Shown one piece after another: positions 61,515 through 64,000 of a stretch of 64,000 nucleotides of DNA. The number at the start of each line of letters is the position of its first letter. The first letter of the stretch is position 1. Where the stretch lies: the IMG/VR virus record IMGVR_UViG_3300025129_000005. The stretch is one strand, 5' to 3'. The position numbers were made by a program, and so were the translations under genes. Source of the stretch: a virus (Duplodnaviria; Caudoviricetes). Below the pieces are notes generated by a model. That model saw nothing but the letters and a program-made list of their open reading frames with translations, did not search any database and was not told the DNA's origin.

Positions 61515-62453
61515 TCATACAATCATCTTAGCCAAAGATTCATCTATAGTTGTTGAAGGTGACCACCCGACTAAATTCTTAATCTTTGTTATATCAGGAA
61601 CACGCCTCAAAGTATCTTCATACATTTTGTTATAAGCTTGTTCATATGTAAAATATTCTTTACCTGATGAACTTTTTGTGATACTAATAACCCGATCAGC
61701 AAGTTCATTGATAGATATTTCCTCGTTATTTCCGATGTTGAATAATTGACCGTCTGTTCTAGAATCTTTAATCATAAACATTAACGCATCAATACAATCA
61801 TTAATATAAGTAAAAGATCTGGTTTGTTCACCTGTACCAAATATAGTCAGATTTTCTCCTGATAATGATTGTTTGATAAATCGAGGGACAACCATACCAT
61901 ATTTACCGGTTTGCCTCTTTCCGATAATATTAAATAACCTGACAATGGATATCCTTAAATCATGAACATTTTTGTTACTAAACATCATCTGTTCCATCAA
62001 TAATTTATTAGTGGCATACCCCCATCGACATTTTTCTGAGGTTCCAAATACAATATCATCACATTCAAACATCGGAATTTTGTTAGATTTACCATAAACT
62101 TCTGACGTACTGGAAAATATCAATTTAGAATTATATTTCTTGGCTTTCTCTAATATTGACTGATTAATAATCTCATCATTAATCATATGTTTAGCGGGGT
62201 CTTGATGTTGCATCATTTGACCTATACTTGATGCCAAATGAACAATGATATCGACTGGTTCTAAATAAAATTCTGTGGTCAAATCTTTAAAATAAAAATC
62301 AAAATTTGATTTATTGAATAATTGTTGGATATTCTCTCTACATCCTGTAGAAAAATTATCAACACCTATAACATGATACTTAAGATTAACCAATCTATCA
62401 CATAAATGTGATCCAATGAAACCTGCTGCTCCTGTAACTAAAATCTTTATCAT
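61515..62453 (-). CDS. NAD-dependent nucleotide-sugar epimerase/dehydratase (SDR)
   Basis: 'TGAAGFIG', 'SSTSEVYG', 'YATNK', 'RLFNIIG'. Confidence 0.92.
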   Translation of the reverse strand: MIKILVTGAAGFIGSHLCDRLVNLKYHVIGVDNFSTGCRENIQQLFNKSNFDFYFKDLTTEFYLEPVDIIVHLASSIGQMMQHQDPAKHMINDEIINQSILEKAKKYNSKLIFSSTSEVYGKSNKIPMFECDDIVFGTSEKCRWGYATNKLLMEQMMFSNKNVHDLRISIVRLFNIIGKRQTGKYGMVVPRFIKQSLSGENLTIFGTGEQTRSFTYINDCIDALMFMIKDSRTDGQLFNIGNNEEISINELADRVISITKSSSGKEYFTYEQAYNKMYEDTLRRVPDITKIKNLVGWSPSTTIDESLAKMIV

Positions 62454-62795
62454 TGAATAATAATTGCGATCTATGAGTAAAACATTTAATAAACCGCTTC
62501 CTAATTTATTTTATTTTTGTATTGAAAATTATAGTTCATAATATTTTTATGAATAATGGTATCTCCTGATTTAATATAAACGGTGTTCATACCAAATACT
62601 CGAATGATAACATCTTTGCCATATTTTTCTTTGAATGAATTGATAATCTCAGAATTAATCATAGAAGAAACCTTTCATAGTGTTATGTTTGATGTAAAAA
62701 AAGAATACCAAAACGATACATAAATGTCAAGATTTTTTGGGCGGTGAGACAATGAGACCACCGTATCACGTTACGTATAAAGCTGTGTACAAGTG

Positions 62796-63044
62796 TCATT
62801 TGATTAAATCAAAACTATGTTTAGTTGGTATGGACAGCCCAAACGAATCCGACCAAAATTGAACTTTTTCGAAATTCATGGTTGTTTCGGAAATACTATA
62901 ATCATGAACGTAATCCATATCAAATTCACGTTTAAGTAAAAAATATTGTTTCATGAAGGTTTTTGTTCCAATAGACATTTTAATGGTATACTGATACCCT
63001 TCAATTATTCTGAATCTTTTTTTAAACCAAAATTTTCTTTTCAC
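62796..63044 (-). CDS. Hypothetical protein
   Basis: GAGG SD. Confidence 0.45.
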   Translation of the reverse strand: MKRKFWFKKRFRIIEGYQYTIKMSIGTKTFMKQYFLLKREFDMDYVHDYSISETTMNFEKVQFWSDSFGLSIPTKHSFDLIK

Positions 63045-63064
63045 ATTTATAAAACCTCTTTTTA

Positions 63065-63697
63065 TTATAACTTTTCGAGAATAATAAATTTAACTTTGAT
63101 ATCATCTCCATAATCAGGGTCACCGGGCAAATAAGGAAAATCCTTGGTTACTTTGATAACTTTAACTTTGCTGTGGTTATTTAAATACCTTTCATACCCC
63201 TGAGATTCATACATATCTGATCTATGAGATAAAACAATAACACCTTTAGGATTAGTAAGCGAAAATATATTCTCTAATATCCCCTTACTATCAAAATATG
63301 TTAATGATCCGATACAAGTGACAAGATCAAAGGTTCCATTGGACAGAAATGGTTTGTTCATATCATGCCGGGTTAAAGTTTTATAGATATTTTTACTTTT
63401 AGCTATATCCAACATCCGTTGACTTAAATCAACACCATGAATATTAGTGAAACCATTCTGTAATAAAGTAGTTCCGACTAGACCCGTTCCACAACAAACA
63501 TCCAGTACTGACATATCACGTGCAAAATGACCTCTAACGTGACGAACCCATTTTCTCCAAGCCGTGTATCCAAGTTCTTTAATTAAATACATATCATATT
63601 CTTTAGCAACAATGTTATACTCTTCTCGATTTAGTTCAATAGAACTGGATGGGTCTTTAGCCCAACTACTAACAATATCTTTAATGCTTTTTGACAT
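63065..63697 (-). CDS. Class I SAM-dependent methyltransferase
   Basis: 'VLDVCCGTG', 'GVDLS..ML', 'FDLVTCIG'. Confidence 0.88.
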   Translation of the reverse strand: MSKSIKDIVSSWAKDPSSSIELNREEYNIVAKEYDMYLIKELGYTAWRKWVRHVRGHFARDMSVLDVCCGTGLVGTTLLQNGFTNIHGVDLSQRMLDIAKSKNIYKTLTRHDMNKPFLSNGTFDLVTCIGSLTYFDSKGILENIFSLTNPKGVIVLSHRSDMYESQGYERYLNNHSKVKVIKVTKDFPYLPGDPDYGDDIKVKFIILEKL

Positions 63698-63729
63698 AAA
63701 TATCCTTTTCTCTCTCTTTTTTTTATTTT

Positions 63730-64000
63730 TTAAGTCACATTAATTCTATGCGAAATGTCTTTTGCTTGAATCTGTATACGATAAAATTTTGTTGTATAAT
63801 CACCAGAAGTCGTATAGTGCGCATAATTAAAATGGAGTGCTGCTCCGACCAGATAACCATCTCCATTAATATATGGACTTAGTATCGACCAAGAATCACG
63901 AATCCTGATTTCGTTTGAATTTAATGATACATTATCTATAACAAACAAATTATCAACAGATGAACTGCTATCAATTTTAAACCTAACAGTCATATTATCA
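63730..64000 (-). CDS. C-terminal part of a probable virion protein; starts beyond the window
   Basis: Open to window edge; 'FVI...SWS.LSP' shared with the C-terminus of 42720-44345. Confidence 0.5.
   Translation of the reverse strand, partial: DNMTVRFKIDSSSSVDNLFVIDNVSLNSNEIRIRDSWSILSPYINGDGYLVGAALHFNYAHYTTSGDYTTKFYRIQIQAKDISHRINVT

Overview
AT-rich, gene-dense 64 kb segment of a large T4-related (jumbo-type) dsDNA phage genome; spanins point to a Gram-negative host. It carries T4-like replication and recombination genes: clamp loader subunits, sliding clamp, gp41/DnaB helicase, UvsY, a UvsW helicase broken into three ORFs, and a family B polymerase that appears to start at ATT. It also has a holin/spanin cassette, nucleotide and RNA-repair enzymes (DeoC, RtcB, DRB0094-type RNA ligase), DNA-modification enzymes and long arrays of small early ORFs. 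Promoters are sigma70-like (TTGAC-17-TAnnnT) and T4-late-like (TATAAATA). The four strongest observations are: (1) a complete phage-encoded ubiquitin-like conjugation cassette, Ubl - E2-like - minimal E1 - JAB, at 2510-5603; (2) a separately promoted non-coding RNA that reproduces the 23S rRNA L11-binding (GTPase-centre) domain with a 200-nt structured insert, at 31594-31857; (3) about 15 genes sharing a T4 capsid-targeting-like N-terminal leader, including six ADP-ribosyltransferase-like paralogs; (4) a UvsW gene fractured by a split intein plus endonuclease and again by a methylase/nuclease pair. All family assignments come from reading motifs by eye; no database searches or folding programs were run. 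Several single-base indels in homopolymer runs may be sequencing errors.
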